Below, piece after piece: positions 1-11,166 of a stretch of DNA of 64,000 nt. The stretch is taken from NCBI GenBank assembly GCA_030704615.1, contig CM060733.1, positions 3,472,001-3,536,000 on the forward strand, written 5' to 3'. Below the pieces are notes generated by a model that saw only the letters and a program-made list of their open reading frames with translations, ran no database searches and was not told the DNA's origin. Each line of letters opens with the position of its first letter. Position 1 is the first letter of the stretch. This DNA comes from Takakia lepidozioides. Its lineage: Eukaryota; Plantae; Bryophyta. The translations under genes and the position numbers were made by a program.

Positions 1-135
1 AATGCCGACGAGCGAGAGCGGGCTATGGGTTTTTCCACTGGGACTACGGCGGTGCCTTCTCTTTCTGAGGCATCACGTTGTCAGGTGTTGGGGCAAGCAA
101 TGGATCTAAATTGCTTGACCTGGATTATCAGCTTG
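1..135 (+). pseudogene. C-terminal end (motifs IX-X) of a DNMT3-like C5-cytosine methyltransferase domain within Gypsy pol; truncated by the window start
   Basis: Frame 1 from base 1 reads NADERERAMGFSTGTTAVPSLSEASRCQVLGQAMDLNCLTWII. This matches the DNMT3/DRM C-terminal pattern E.ER..GF...yT......R...LG.sw....i. It is in frame with the downstream integrase apart from one TAG at 421-423. Confidence 0.7.
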
Positions 136-423
136 GCTATGGCTGAGCAACGTAAAGTGCGGAGTGCACTTCCCTTGACGGTCTCTCTGCCTACCGAGAC
201 GGTACAGGCAGTGAGTGGGGGCGAGCCAGTATGGACCACGGGGTATAGACATCCATGGCACACGTGGGAGGTGCTCGAGGTTCAGAGGGAGTTGGCAGCC
301 AAGGCGGCTGTGATGGATGAGGTTGGGGTTGAGGAGGTCCTCAAGGATGAGATGATGGGGCAGGATGAGGCTTTGTCATTGACTGAGCAAGCAGGGAGTA
401 CTGCTCAAGAGGTTGCAGCATAG

Positions 424-1730
424 CAACCACGGGACGCGTTCTCTACCTCTAAGTCTGCTGGACTTATACATGAGGATTCGGTTGTGTTGGACTACCTCCG
501 CACTGGAGACACGACAGCTAGTGTGACTGCAAGGGAGAGGGATCGGATCCTGCAACGAGCCAAGAGGTTCAAGTGGGAGGGGATACACCTACTTCGAGTG
601 TGGGAGGATGGTTTGGTGAGGATCGTGCCTCACCCAACACAGCATGCACGGTTAGTGCGGCATGCCCATGAGGAGTTGGGGCATTTTGGAGTGCGACGCA
701 CTCATAGTTTACTGCAGGGGCAATATTGGTGGCGTGGTATGCACACAAAGGTGCAACAGTTCGTGGCTAGGTGCATGGTGTGTGACAGGGTGCGTGCTTC
801 ATTCAACGCCCCTACACCACAGTTGCAACCATTACCCATCATGGGATTGGGCTACAGGTGGAGTCTTGACTTCGCAGGGCCGTTGCCACTGACGATGCGC
901 CACCACAAATATGTGTTGGTGATGGTGGAGCACTTCTCCAAGTGGATTGAGTTGGTTCCATTGCCTGACAAGGCTAGTGAGGGGGCTGCGTATGCATTCC
1001 TAGATCGTGTGCTCAGCCAATTTGGTGCTCCAGCTGAGGTACTCACAGACCAAGGGAGAGAGTTCTTGGGGGAGTTTGAGGCTTTGTGTGATAAAGCCTT
1101 GATAGACCACCGTACCACTTCTCGGGATCATCCTGAGGCCGATGGCTTGGCAGAGAGAGTGGTGCAGACAGTAAAGAGGGGTTTGCGCAAGTATGGCTTG
1201 CAAAAGGGACACCTAGGAGATTGGGATCTTCAGGTACCTTGGCTAGCCATGGGCTACAGGTTTAGCAAGCAAGCATCACTTGCCTCCTTCTCACCATATT
1301 TCCTTCTCTTTGGCCGAGAGCCAGATTTATTTGCCTGCGTCTATTCGTAGGGAGGCTGCAGTAGTCCTCAACCTTGATGATCCGGATGTGTGGACACAAG
1401 CATGTGCCCAGCAGGCAGAGTTGTTCAAGAGAGTCATGCCTATGGCTTTTGAGAATCTTGCTATTGCCCAACACCGAGACATATTGAGGTATGCCACTAT
1501 ACGTGGAGGGGGATATCGGCCAGGTGTGCATTTCCACCCTGGGGACTATGTGTATCTGCAGCAGACAGCGCCTACGACCTTGGATGTCACAGTAGGACGT
1601 GTGATTCTAAGGGTCAGGGAGGTATTGCCTTCAGGAGTGTTGATTCTGGAGAGTCGAGATGGCATGGTATGGAAGGACCATGTGCGTAATTGTGCGCCAT
1701 GTCACCTTCCACATATGGATGGGAGGATAG
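424..1730 (+). pseudogene. Ty3/Gypsy integrase (HHCC zinc finger, DDE core, C-terminal region), frameshifted near 1330
   Basis: ORF 484-1350 has HEELGHFG...CMVC, WSLDFAGP, LTDQGREF, DGLAERVVQT and SPYFLLFGRE. It continues in ORF 1280-1891. Confidence 0.92.
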
Positions 1731-1759
1731 ATCCCAACTTTGCAGTGGTACCTGCAGGG

Positions 1760-1909
1760 TTGCGTTGCATGCTATGTGGGCATGCTCGTGGTGCCGCCAC
1801 TATGCTGGTGTGTGATCGATGCTCAAGAGGTTGGCACATGGGATGCTTGACACCACCTCTTGAGAGGGTTCCTGATGGAGATTGGTTATGACCACACTGC
1901 TTGGGATAG
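1760..1909 (+). pseudogene. PHD finger at the integrase C-terminus
   Basis: CMLC...MLVCDRCSRGWHMGCLTPPLERVPDGDWL*PHC fits the C4HC3 PHD pattern. The penultimate Cys codon is mutated to TGA (1889-1891). Confidence 0.88.
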
Positions 1910-2169
1910 TGGCAGTGGATATGACTAGTGGCAGTTCACAAGACATGAGAGGCCAAGCTCATAGGAGTCAATACCCAAGATCTCAGGCTCAAGTTCACAT
2001 GTTGCAAGATGGCGACTAACGATGGGGCAACTCTTGTACCCGGCCTCTTGATCTATTGAGTTTGAGTGTAGTAGGGATAGTGGTGGAGGACTTAGTGAGG
2101 CTATGGCCACTATCACATCTTGTGGCTACCTGGACTTAGAGGGACCTAAGCGCCAGCTAGGGGGGCGAT

Positions 2170-2718
2170 CGTGATAGACTAGTGGCAGCCTAGTGATGGA
2201 CTAGTGGCTGCACTAGTGGTGGCTAGTGGCAGCCTAGTGGTGGACTAGTGGCTGCACTAGTGGTGACTAGTGGTTGTCTAATGGCAGCCTAGTGGTGCAC
2301 TAGTGGTGCACTAGTGATAGACTAGTGTTTGGTGTGCACATATGTTGTGTGGTTTTGGACAGCGATGTAGTTGTGTAGCGATATGTATGCGCACGACAGC
2401 TGTCAAATTATTTTACCACTGGTGTGAAGTTAGCTAGGAAATAGCTAGCTTTTATATATTGACATTTGGGATTGACCTAGGTGTCAATCCAGGGGCCAAT
2501 ACATGTTTGGGCACCTGGCGTTGTTATCTTCACGTCAGATCGCGGTGGGCTCATCTTTCTCGAGTTGAGCCTCACCGCGTCTAGCTATGGCGCCGTAGTG
2601 TGGATTCCCCATGGCGTGGGGTGCACTTGGATCGACTTAATATATGAGTGATGTTTTCATGTGCAAGTGTGTGAGTTTGAGAGAGCTTATATGCTTGTAT
2701 TGTCCCTTTTCCTTATCA
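2170..2718 (+). mobile_element. Probable 3' LTR of the DNMT/PHD Gypsy element, with (A)CTAGTGG tandem repeats
   Basis: It follows a purine tract (AGGGGGG, about 2159-2165) and ends in ...TTATCA. Its first part is repeated immediately downstream. Boundaries are inferred. Confidence 0.6.
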
Positions 2719-2719
2719 T

Positions 2720-2925
2720 TGTGATGGACTAGTGGCTGCACTAGTGGTGGCTAGTGGCAGCCTGGTGGTGGACTAGTGGCTGCACTAGTGGTGACTAGTG
2801 GTTGTCTAGTGGCAGCCTAGTGGTGCATTAGTGGTGGACTAGTGATAGACTAGTGTTTGGTGTGCACATATGTTGTGTGGTTTTGGACAGCGATGTAGTG
2901 TAGCGATATGTATACGCACGACAGC
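2720..2925 (+). repeat. Truncated second tandem copy of the same LTR start
   Basis: Near-identical to about 2193-2400, from the CTAGTGG repeats through GCACGACAGC. Confidence 0.8.
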
Positions 2926-3059
2926 CAACAACGTTGGTAGGCACCCGGTCCGAATATGGATGTGGTTTGATTTTATTGCAAGCGTGTGAGCTGACGGGTA
3001 CGGCCCACGAGGTACAGCCGGGGAACCCCCCTCCGGCAGCCTCGTCGGCGAGCTGGACG

Positions 3060-4290
3060 CCCCATGTCAAATCATCCCCACCCAGCTCCGACCCCTTCGC
3101 CCGCCCGCCCGCCCGCCTTGCCTGGGACCCCTGGCCACGCGGCGCCCCACAACACCGCCCGATTTCCAGCCACGTGGCGGCCCCCCGCTGTGGATCCCCT
3201 CACTGGGTTGATCCCCCTTCCAGTGTCGGAGTGATCCCCCACCCCCATCTCCAGCCACGTGGCGCTCCCCCGAACCGTCGATCCCCTCCCCTCCATCCAA
3301 CCTCAATTAAATGGATGACGGCCGGATGAAGGCCCCATGACACGTCCATCGCCATGTGGCGCTCCCACCGCCGTCGATCCCCTCCTCCCATCCACGGCAC
3401 GCCCCCCCGAGACTTCGCCGCTCCCCTCGACGCGCCTTGATCCCCCTTCCGGACCGGGAGTGATCCCCCAACCCTAATCACCCGCCACGTGCGGCTCCCC
3501 GGACCGTCAACCCTGCGCATCCATCCAACCTCACAAACAATGGATGTTGTGTGTCATCCGCCCCTCATCCCCCCGCCATCCTCCCGCACAAGGGATGGAT
3601 GACGGCCGGATGAAGGGGCGATGACACTGACAGGCCACGTGCCGGTCCCCCGCCGTCGATCCCCTCTTCCCATCGACGGCCCGATCCCCCGACACGTCGC
3701 TGCCCTCCCCTCGGTTGATCCCCCGTCCAATGTGGTGACTGATCCCCCTCCACCCATCGGACGACATGTGGCGCTCCCCCCACCGCCGATCCCCTGGTCC
3801 CATCCACGGCGTGATCCAACGACACATTGCCGCTCCCCCCCCGACCTGGCTTGATCCCCACTCCGGACCGGGAGTGATCCCCCACCCTTAATCGCCCGCC
3901 ACGTGCTGCTCCCCTGAACCGTCGATCCCCTGCACATCCATCCAACCTCAAGACAATGGATGTTCTGGGTCATCCGCCCCTCATCCCCCGGCCATCCTCC
4001 CGCGCAGTGGATGGACGACGGCCGGATGAAGGCCCCAGGGCACGCCCACCGCCACGTGGCGCTCCCCCCGCCGTCGATCCCCTCATCCCATCGGAGCCAT
4101 TCCCCTGCAACTGGGTTGATCCCCCGTCCAGGGCGGGAGTGATCCCCCACTCCCAATCATGCGCCACGTGGTTCTCCTCGAACCGTTGATCCCCTGCGCA
4201 TCAATCTTACTTACAACCACTGCCGTTCACAGTGACACGCCGCCACGTCGCAATCCCCTCCGCCGTTGATCCCTCCAACGGTTAGAGGCC
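3060..4290 (+). repeat. GC-rich degenerate repeat array (GATCCCC and CCACGTGG motifs), probably part of scaffold element C
   Basis: Many GATCCCC and CCACGTG copies with an internal higher-order duplication (about 3440-3690 vs 3850-4100). The same motifs resume at 27956, directly after A1. Confidence 0.7.
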
Positions 4291-4296
4291 TGATCC

Positions 4297-4985
4297 ACAA
4301 TAGATGCGGGGGCTGAAGCACCCTTGAGTACCCAAGGCACTCAAGGAGGCGGAGGCACTCACTAGGTGGAGCCCTGCACACCGGGTTGCGGTGGGAGTGG
4401 TTCCACGAGGGGTGGTGGTAGCTTAGTGGGTCTTGGGGCGGAGACCTTGTGGTGGGAGTCGTGGGGAGTCTTGGGACTCATCACGGTCCAATGGGACTGT
4501 GGTGGGTGGGCCAAGACTCATCACGACTCATTACCGGGAGTCGAGGGTTTTCGTGGTGGTTCGCCATAAAAGGATGGTGTTGTTTGTGAAACCCATGCGG
4601 ATAGTCACAGAAGTATATATATAGGGAGTAGTAACCCCGAGAACGGTGCAAGCCCGTTGGTGACCAAAAACTAGTGAGTAAGCGTGCGAGCCGGAAAGCG
4701 ACCAAGGTGTGGGGAGCTGTTCCGGACTGCCAACAACCAAAGGGAATTTCCACTAGGCTCAAATTGGGAGAGGGTCTTGTGGAGGAGCAAAGGGGGACTG
4801 TTATGCCCCGGTGAGCAGCCAAAGCTCCGAGTTGGCCCGGCGAGTCGTTTTTCAAATGGCGTATTGTGATTGATTTTGTCGCTCACGTCTTTCGACTAAC
4901 CTTCCTCACCCCAAGCGTTAGGCGCGCGCATCAAAGCGAGTAACTATGACTTGAAGGGGAGCTTACCGAAATGAGGTGCGCAACA
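4297..4985 (+). repeat. A1 5' LTR (5'-truncated)
   Basis: Matches the reverse complement of the A2 LTRs but lacks the first ~70 bp. It ends ...GCGCAACA next to the PBS. Confidence 0.9.
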
Positions 4986-4987
4986 TT

Positions 4988-4999
4988 TGGTATCAGAGC
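4988..4999 (+). promoter_or_regulatory. Primer-binding site, tRNA-iMet
   Basis: TGGTATCAGAGC lies 2 nt after the LTR end. Confidence 0.95.
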
Positions 5000-5040
5000 T
5001 TAGAGTTCAGTACGCGATCGTCCTTGAGATCGGCCTCATC

Positions 5041-5960
5041 ATGGGGTCGGGCAAGCCAAAGCGAAAGCGGAAAAGCCCGAAAGATGATGATCCTGGTGAG
5101 CCCGATGGGGGCGACGTGTCACCGAAGCGGCAATTTGAGGAGATGATTCATGCTTTTGAAAGCGAGGCCGCTCAAGAACGGGAGGAATTTGGGGAGTCGG
5201 AGCCCGAGGACTCCCTGGAGGCTCCGGCAGACCAACATATGTCTCCCATGCCAACAGCCTTTTGGGAAGGGTTATTGGCGCAGTTTGGCGGGACGTTGAA
5301 AGACGTGTTGAAGGCGGCTAATGCCACTTCCACTAAGGCAAAGTTTAAGATGAAGCCTAAGAAACCCGACACCTTCGAGGGCATCCAAAATCGGAAGGCA
5401 CTCAACACCTGGCTCTTGGAGCTAGAGCAGTACTTCCGGGCGGCCAAGTTGAGTGACGAGGATCGGGTGGAAGTGGCTCCCACCTATTTGAGGGGCTATG
5501 CTCAACAATGGTGGCAGAAACGCCTTCACGACCAAGGTCCAAACCCGGACACCTTGAACTGGAGTGGGTTCAAGGAACTTATGAAGAGACAGTTTGTGCC
5601 CCTCAACGCGTCCTGGCTCGCCCGGGACAAGATGAGGAATTTGAAGCAAACGGATGACATTCGGGGATATGTTCAGGCTTTCAATGTGTCATTGCTCGAA
5701 GTCGTGGACATGGCAGAACTAGAAATGGTCTTCAACTTTGTGGCGGGACTAGCCCCGTGGGCCAGGCGGAAGTTGGAGGAGAAGCCACCTAAGATTTTGA
5801 ACGAGGCAATTGAGAGGGCTGAATGTTTCTCGGATGTCCCTAGGGGCGAAAGACAAGGCCGTACGGAGCTGAACCACAAGAAGACCCGACGAGAGGGTGA
5901 CTCCTTCCAACCGAAAAAGAAGTAGGATAGGCCACGCAGCGACAATGGCACGTGGAAATC
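5041..5960 (+). pseudogene. gag: A1 gag (capsid); zinc knuckle and protease deleted
   Basis: KPDTFEG...WLLELEQYF...AQQWW...W..FKELMKRQF is near-identical to A2 gag. It ends in a premature TAG and joins directly to the RT-proximal sequence [11 protein letters not shown]. Confidence 0.9.
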
Positions 5961-5964
5961 GAAG

Positions 5965-6622
5965 CGATAGGGAACTGAGCCCAGATTGGATCAAGGGGAT
6001 TTTGGAGAAATACCAAGATGTGATGCCAGAGGATTTTCCAAGCGGCTTGCCACCGCGAAGAGGAGTTGACCACAAGATTGAGGTGATACCGGGATCGGAA
6101 CCGCCTGCCAAGGCGCCCCACCGGTTGAGCCACAGAGAGTTGGTCGAGCTGAAGGCTCAGCTCAAGGATCTAATGTCAAAGGGGTACATCCGGTCGAGTA
6201 AGTCACCTTACGGAGCCCCGGTGCTATTCGCAGACAAGAAGGATGGGACGCTGCGGATGTGTGTCGATTATAGGGCTCTGAATAAGGTGACTATAAAAAA
6301 CCGGTACCCTTTGCCAAGGATCAATGACCTCTTCGATCGATTGGCAGGAGCGAAGTATTTCAGCCGAATCGATTTGCGCTCTGACTACCATCAAATTCGA
6401 GTGGTGGAATGAGATGAGGAGAAGACCGCGTGCAGGACAAGATATGGTTCGTATGAGTTCTTGGTGATGCCTTTTGGGCTCACCAACGCACCCGCGACCT
6501 TTAACACTCTAATGAACAGCCTTTTCCAGGAGTGGTTGGATGACTTTGTGATCGTGTACATTGACGACATCTTGGTGTACTCGAAAACAAAGGAAGAGCA
6601 CCTGGAGCACCTCAAAAGGGTG
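5965..6622 (+). pseudogene. pol: A1 reverse transcriptase, N-terminal part
   Basis: [24 protein letters not shown] and [10 protein letters not shown]; stop at 6410-6412; cut by M1. Confidence 0.95.
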
Positions 6623-7255
6623 GGGGGTTGTTTTTTCATGAGCGATGAGCAGATGAGCCATGAGCCATGAGCAAAGTTGTCGAACCTCTTCCATAGCAAA
6701 ATCCGAAGGGACGTTGCAAGCTTGGATCCGGTTTGGGAAGTGTGCGAAGCTGATATGGGCACATACTTAATGTCTAGGATGTATAAATGCACGGTATTAG
6801 AAGGTGTACCACCTAATTCCGCGCGTCACATACATTACCAGAGTTAACCGAGGGCGGAGGAAAACGAGAAGTCGGCAGCAACTTCTGGTGCATGGTGATC
6901 AGGAAAGTCTGTGCCGATTTCTGGAACAGAAGGTGATATGGGGAAATATAACTTAAAAAGGGCTGGTGGAAGTCTGTGCCGATTTCTCCCAAAAACAGAT
7001 CGTGTGCTTCAGTAAATAGGAAAATACAAGTAAGGACCGGGAAGTCTGTGCCGACTTCTGGTCCGCAATGAAATGACATTAATTCGGAAAAAGGCAGGGA
7101 CTGTGAATACTGCTTAGAATGCAAATGTACTCCAACATATTCCATGCTTCAAGACAATCAGTGATACTGTTTTTTTGTTCCATCCGTTGCATGGAGCTGC
7201 ACAGAAAATAAACACGAAACAAATTTTTTTACATAAACGTTTAAGGGTAACAAGG

Positions 7256-8300
7256 TTAAGGAGTGCCATCACTGGTAGCGTCCCCATATTCCATCTCCAT
7301 ATCGTCCACTACTTTCCCGATGATTTCATTGACATCATCATCGTCCTCTTTTTCTGTCGATGGATCAGAGCTCTCACTACCTAGCACAACCAGATGTTGA
7401 ACCTTCCTAAACCTTTTAACCGCTCGTGCCTCACCTGGCCACATTGGCCTCTTCGATAATTTGGGGGATTCCTGCTGAGCTAGCCTTTCTGCCATCTTTG
7501 CTGCATAGTCAGGAAGACACAGAGGTTTGGGTGGGGTGAAGAGAACAACAGCTGCTTTTCGATGAAGCTCTGCCCTCTTCTCGGCAATCTGTGCCTTCCT
7601 ATTTTCCCTCTCCTGACATGCAGCCATTAAGGAGGCTGCACGGTGATGAGCTGGCGTTGTTGGAGCTGGTCTCATTGTGCAAATTGAGGGAACATCACTG
7701 CAATAGGAAAAAAACCATGGTCAGCCTTGCAAAGGGAACGTGTTGGCCGAGCCATGGCAAACAAGACATCACAACAAAATTGATAAATCTGCGCCGACTA
7801 TCTTGTTTTGAAGAAAGAAAACGAGAGGAACAGCAAACTTACTCACTCCAGTACATGGAGATGCACAGGTTGGTCACCAGAATCCCGGAACCACTCATCG
7901 GGCGTCAAGTCCATTGCGGCCACGGGGTCAGAGGTAGCAAGCATCTCACATTGCAGGCCCTGCAGTTTCTCTCTTACAAGCTCTCCATCACCTTCCAAGG
8001 CCAGCAAGTGGCGACCACAAACCTGTGCAGCCACCATCGATGCGCCACAGTTTGTAGTGAGGTCAACAATCTTGCCCCCAATGTCAGTCAACATCTCCAT
8101 AAAAGTCTGTAGGAACATTGGGCTTTTTTCTCTGGCACCTCTCAACTAGGTCCCATCAGCTCTTGTGTACAGCCAGTCTTTGGTGACACAATTGCGCACA
8201 ATGTGGTGTCAACCGGATTGAAGTCGGAATCCAGTTTCTTGGCATCCCGGCCAAGATCGCAAGCGTATGTCGGGCTCTTCAACAGCAAGAGGCGCTTCTC
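7256..8300 (-). pseudogene. 3' exons of the M1 DNA-methyltransferase-like gene (SAM-binding motifs X-I-II and charged tail)
   Basis: EKSPMFLQTFMEMLTDIGGKIVDLTTNCGASMVAAQVCGRHLLALEGD aligns with the M2 gene and with the N6_N4_Mtase C-terminus. The tail LPDYAAKMA matches M2 LPSYAAKLA. Confidence 0.75.
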
Positions 8301-10530
8301 ACTATGTAGACCCCAACGGGTGCCTACGCGACACATGCTTTGCCTGGAAATGGCACACGCAGTGCCTGAAAACGGATAATTCCGGGAGGTCTGTGCAGAC
8401 TTCCCGGCTGATCTACCCCAAACGGGTGCCTATGCGACACGTGCATCACCTGAAAATGGCACACGTAGTGCCTGAAAACAGATAATACCGGGGAAGTCTG
8501 TGTAGACTTTTCGGCTGATCTAACCCCAACGGGTGCAGCATCGCCTGAAAATGGCATACGCAGTGCCTGGAAACGGATAATTCCGGGAGGTCTGTGCAGA
8601 CTTCCCGGCTGATCTACCCCCAACAGGTGCCTACGCGACATGTGCATCGCCTGAAAATGACACATGCAGTGCCTGAAAACAAATAATTCCGAGGAAGTCT
8701 GTGCAGACTTCTTGGCTGATCTAACCCCAATGGTGCAGCATCGCCTGAAAATGGCACACGCAGTGCCTGAAAACGGATAATTCCGGGAGGTCTGTGCAGA
8801 CTTCCTAGCTGATCTACCCCCAACGGGTGCCTACGCGACACGTGCATCGCCTGAAAATGACACACGCAGTGCCTGAAAACGGATAATTCCGGGGAAGTTT
8901 GTGCAGATTTCTCGGTTGAGCTAACCCCAACGGGTGCAGCATCGCCTGAAAATGGCACACGCAGTGCTTGAAAACGGATAATTTTGGGAAGTCTATGCAG
9001 ACTTCCCGGCTGATCTACCCCCAACGCGTGCCTACGCGACACGTGCATCGCCTGAAAATGGCACACGTAGTGCCTGGAAACGGATAATTCCGGGGAAGTC
9101 TGTTGTTCACATTGCCCTTTCCTTTTACAGGGAGAGCTTCTCCCCCAGCAGTGTTGATGTTGGAGCTACCACCCTTCGCAAACTTCCCGGCTGATCTACC
9201 CCCAACAGGTGCCTACGCAACACGTGCATCGCCTGAAAATAGCACACGCAGTGCCTGAAAACGGATAATTCCGGGAAGTCTGTGCAGACTTCTCGGCTGA
9301 TCTACCCCCAACGGGTGCAGCATCGCCTAAAAATGGCACATGCAATGCCTGAAAATGGATAATTCCAAGAAGTCTGTGCAGACTTCTAGGCTGATCTACC
9401 CCCAACGGATGCAGCATCGCCTGAAAATGGCACATGCAGTGCCTGAAAACGGATAATTCCGGGAAGTCTGTGCAGACTTCTCGGTTGATCTACCCCCAAC
9501 GGGTGCCTACGCGACACGTGCATCGCCTGAAAATGGCACACGCAGTGCGTGAAAATGGATAATTCCGGGAAGTCTGTGTAGACTTCCCGACTGATCTACC
9601 CCCAACGGATGCCTTCGCGACATGTGCATCCCTTTTAATATGGCACACGCAGTGCCTGAAAATTGATAATTCCGAAAAGTCTGTGCAGACTTCCCGGCTG
9701 ATCTATCCCCAACGGGTGCCTAAGCGTCACGTGCATCGCCTGAAAATGGCACACGCAGTGCATGAAAACAGATAATTCCGAGAAGTCTGTGCAGACTTCC
9801 CGACTGATCTACCCCCAACCGGTGCCTACACGACACGTGCATCGCCTGAAAATGGCACGCGCAGTGCCTGGAAACGGATAATTCCGGAAAGTCTGTGCAG
9901 ACTTCCCGGCTGATCTACCCCCAACAGGTGCCTACGCGACACGTGCATTGCCTGAAAATGGCATGCGCAGTGCCTGGAAACGGATAATTGCGGAACGTCT
10001 GTGGAGACTCCCCGGCTGATCTACCCCCAACAAGTGCCTACGCGACATGTGCTTCGCCTGAAAATGGCACACACAGTGCCTGGAAACGGATAATTCCAGA
10101 AGTATGCGTAGACTTCCCGGCTGATCTACCCCCAACGCGTGCCTACGCGACACGTGCATCGCTTGAAAATGGCACACGCAATGCCTGAAAATGGATAATT
10201 CCGGGGAAGTCTGTGCAGACTTCTCGGCTGATCTACCCCCAATGGGTGCAGCATCGCCTGAAAATGGCACACGCAATGCCTAAAAATGGATAACTCTGGG
10301 AAGTCTATGCAGACTTCCCGACTGATCTACCCCAACGGGTGCCTACGTGACACGTGCATCGCCTGAAAATGACACACACAGTGCCTGAAAATGACACACA
10401 CAGTGCCTGAAAACGGATAATTTCGGAAGTCTGTGCAGACTTTCCGGCTGATCTACCCCCAATGGGTGCCTACGCAACACGTGCATCGCTTGAAAAAAGC
10501 ACAATGTCTGTGTGAAAACGGATAATTCCT
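8300..10530 (+). repeat. Tandem array of about 21 units of ~106 or ~94 bp, each with the palindrome GGAAGTCTG-TG-CAGACTTCC
   Basis: Directly visible unit: CTACCCCCAACGGGTGC(CTACGCGACACGT)GCATCGCCTGAAAATGGCACACGCAGTGCCTGAAAACGGATAATTCCGGGAAGTCTGTGCAGACTTCCCGGCTGAT. Confidence 0.95.
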
Positions 10531-10534
10531 GTGC

Positions 10535-11166
10535 AGGTGGCTCCCGAGTGCATGTGGAGCACCTGGATGAGGATGACGACATGGCACGGACCAACTACAA
10601 TAGTATTCCAAAGCAGTACAAAAAACCAGTGTTGGAGACCTCAATGTCCACTGCAAACTGGCTTATTGCAAGAACAACGGACTTGTCACGCGCCCAATGT
10701 TGGGGTATTCTTGTTGACAGTGGGCAGCCCTATAAGCAACAGATTTGTCCTTCAAAATCGTCTGGCATTCCAGCTCCGAAGTACATCGGAATGTGCCACA
10801 ACCCAGTTTTTGCAAATAAGAAATTGCATGAGTACTGGTTTTGTCCTCATGGCATTCAACAGTGTGTTCATGGGGGAGTCCACCGAGATGCAAAGGACAA
10901 ACCAGAGCCACCACAGGTATGGCCTCTGATGCAGCCAGGAACTTCAAGGAAGTTAACTCATTGGATGCAGCTAGGTTTTGCCTGGTCCCGAGGGATGATA
11001 TCCCATGTTTTCACATTGAGGAGGACGTTGGTGCCCAGCAACCCGGAGCTCATCAGAATCAGGACTATTACCCCAAGAGCAGATGGGGCAAGCAATATAA
11101 CCGAAAAAAACACCTTCGACGAAGGTGGGATTGGCGATGTCACTGCGAGGTATCGTTCAAAACTTT
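10535..11166 (+). pseudogene. M1 transposase C-terminal fragment, part 1
   Basis: WLIART...CWGILVDS...PAPKYIG...YWFCPHGIQQCVHG aligns with M2 WRIART...CSAIRVDT...PAPTFTG...FWFCRHDIMTCVYG. Confidence 0.8.

Noticed and set aside
2934-4189. Overlapping Pro/Gly/Arg-rich ORFs
   Set aside because: Artefacts of stop-poor GC-rich repeats.
4280-4300. TSD for element A1
   Set aside because: The 5' LTR is truncated, so the left junction is lost and no TSD can be verified.
4988-4999. tRNA gene
   Set aside because: It is only the PBS complementary to the tRNA 3' end; there is no cloverleaf.
8267-10656. Protein-coding ORFs in the M1 tandem array
   Set aside because: They are repetitive translations of the repeat unit in several frames with no domain signal.
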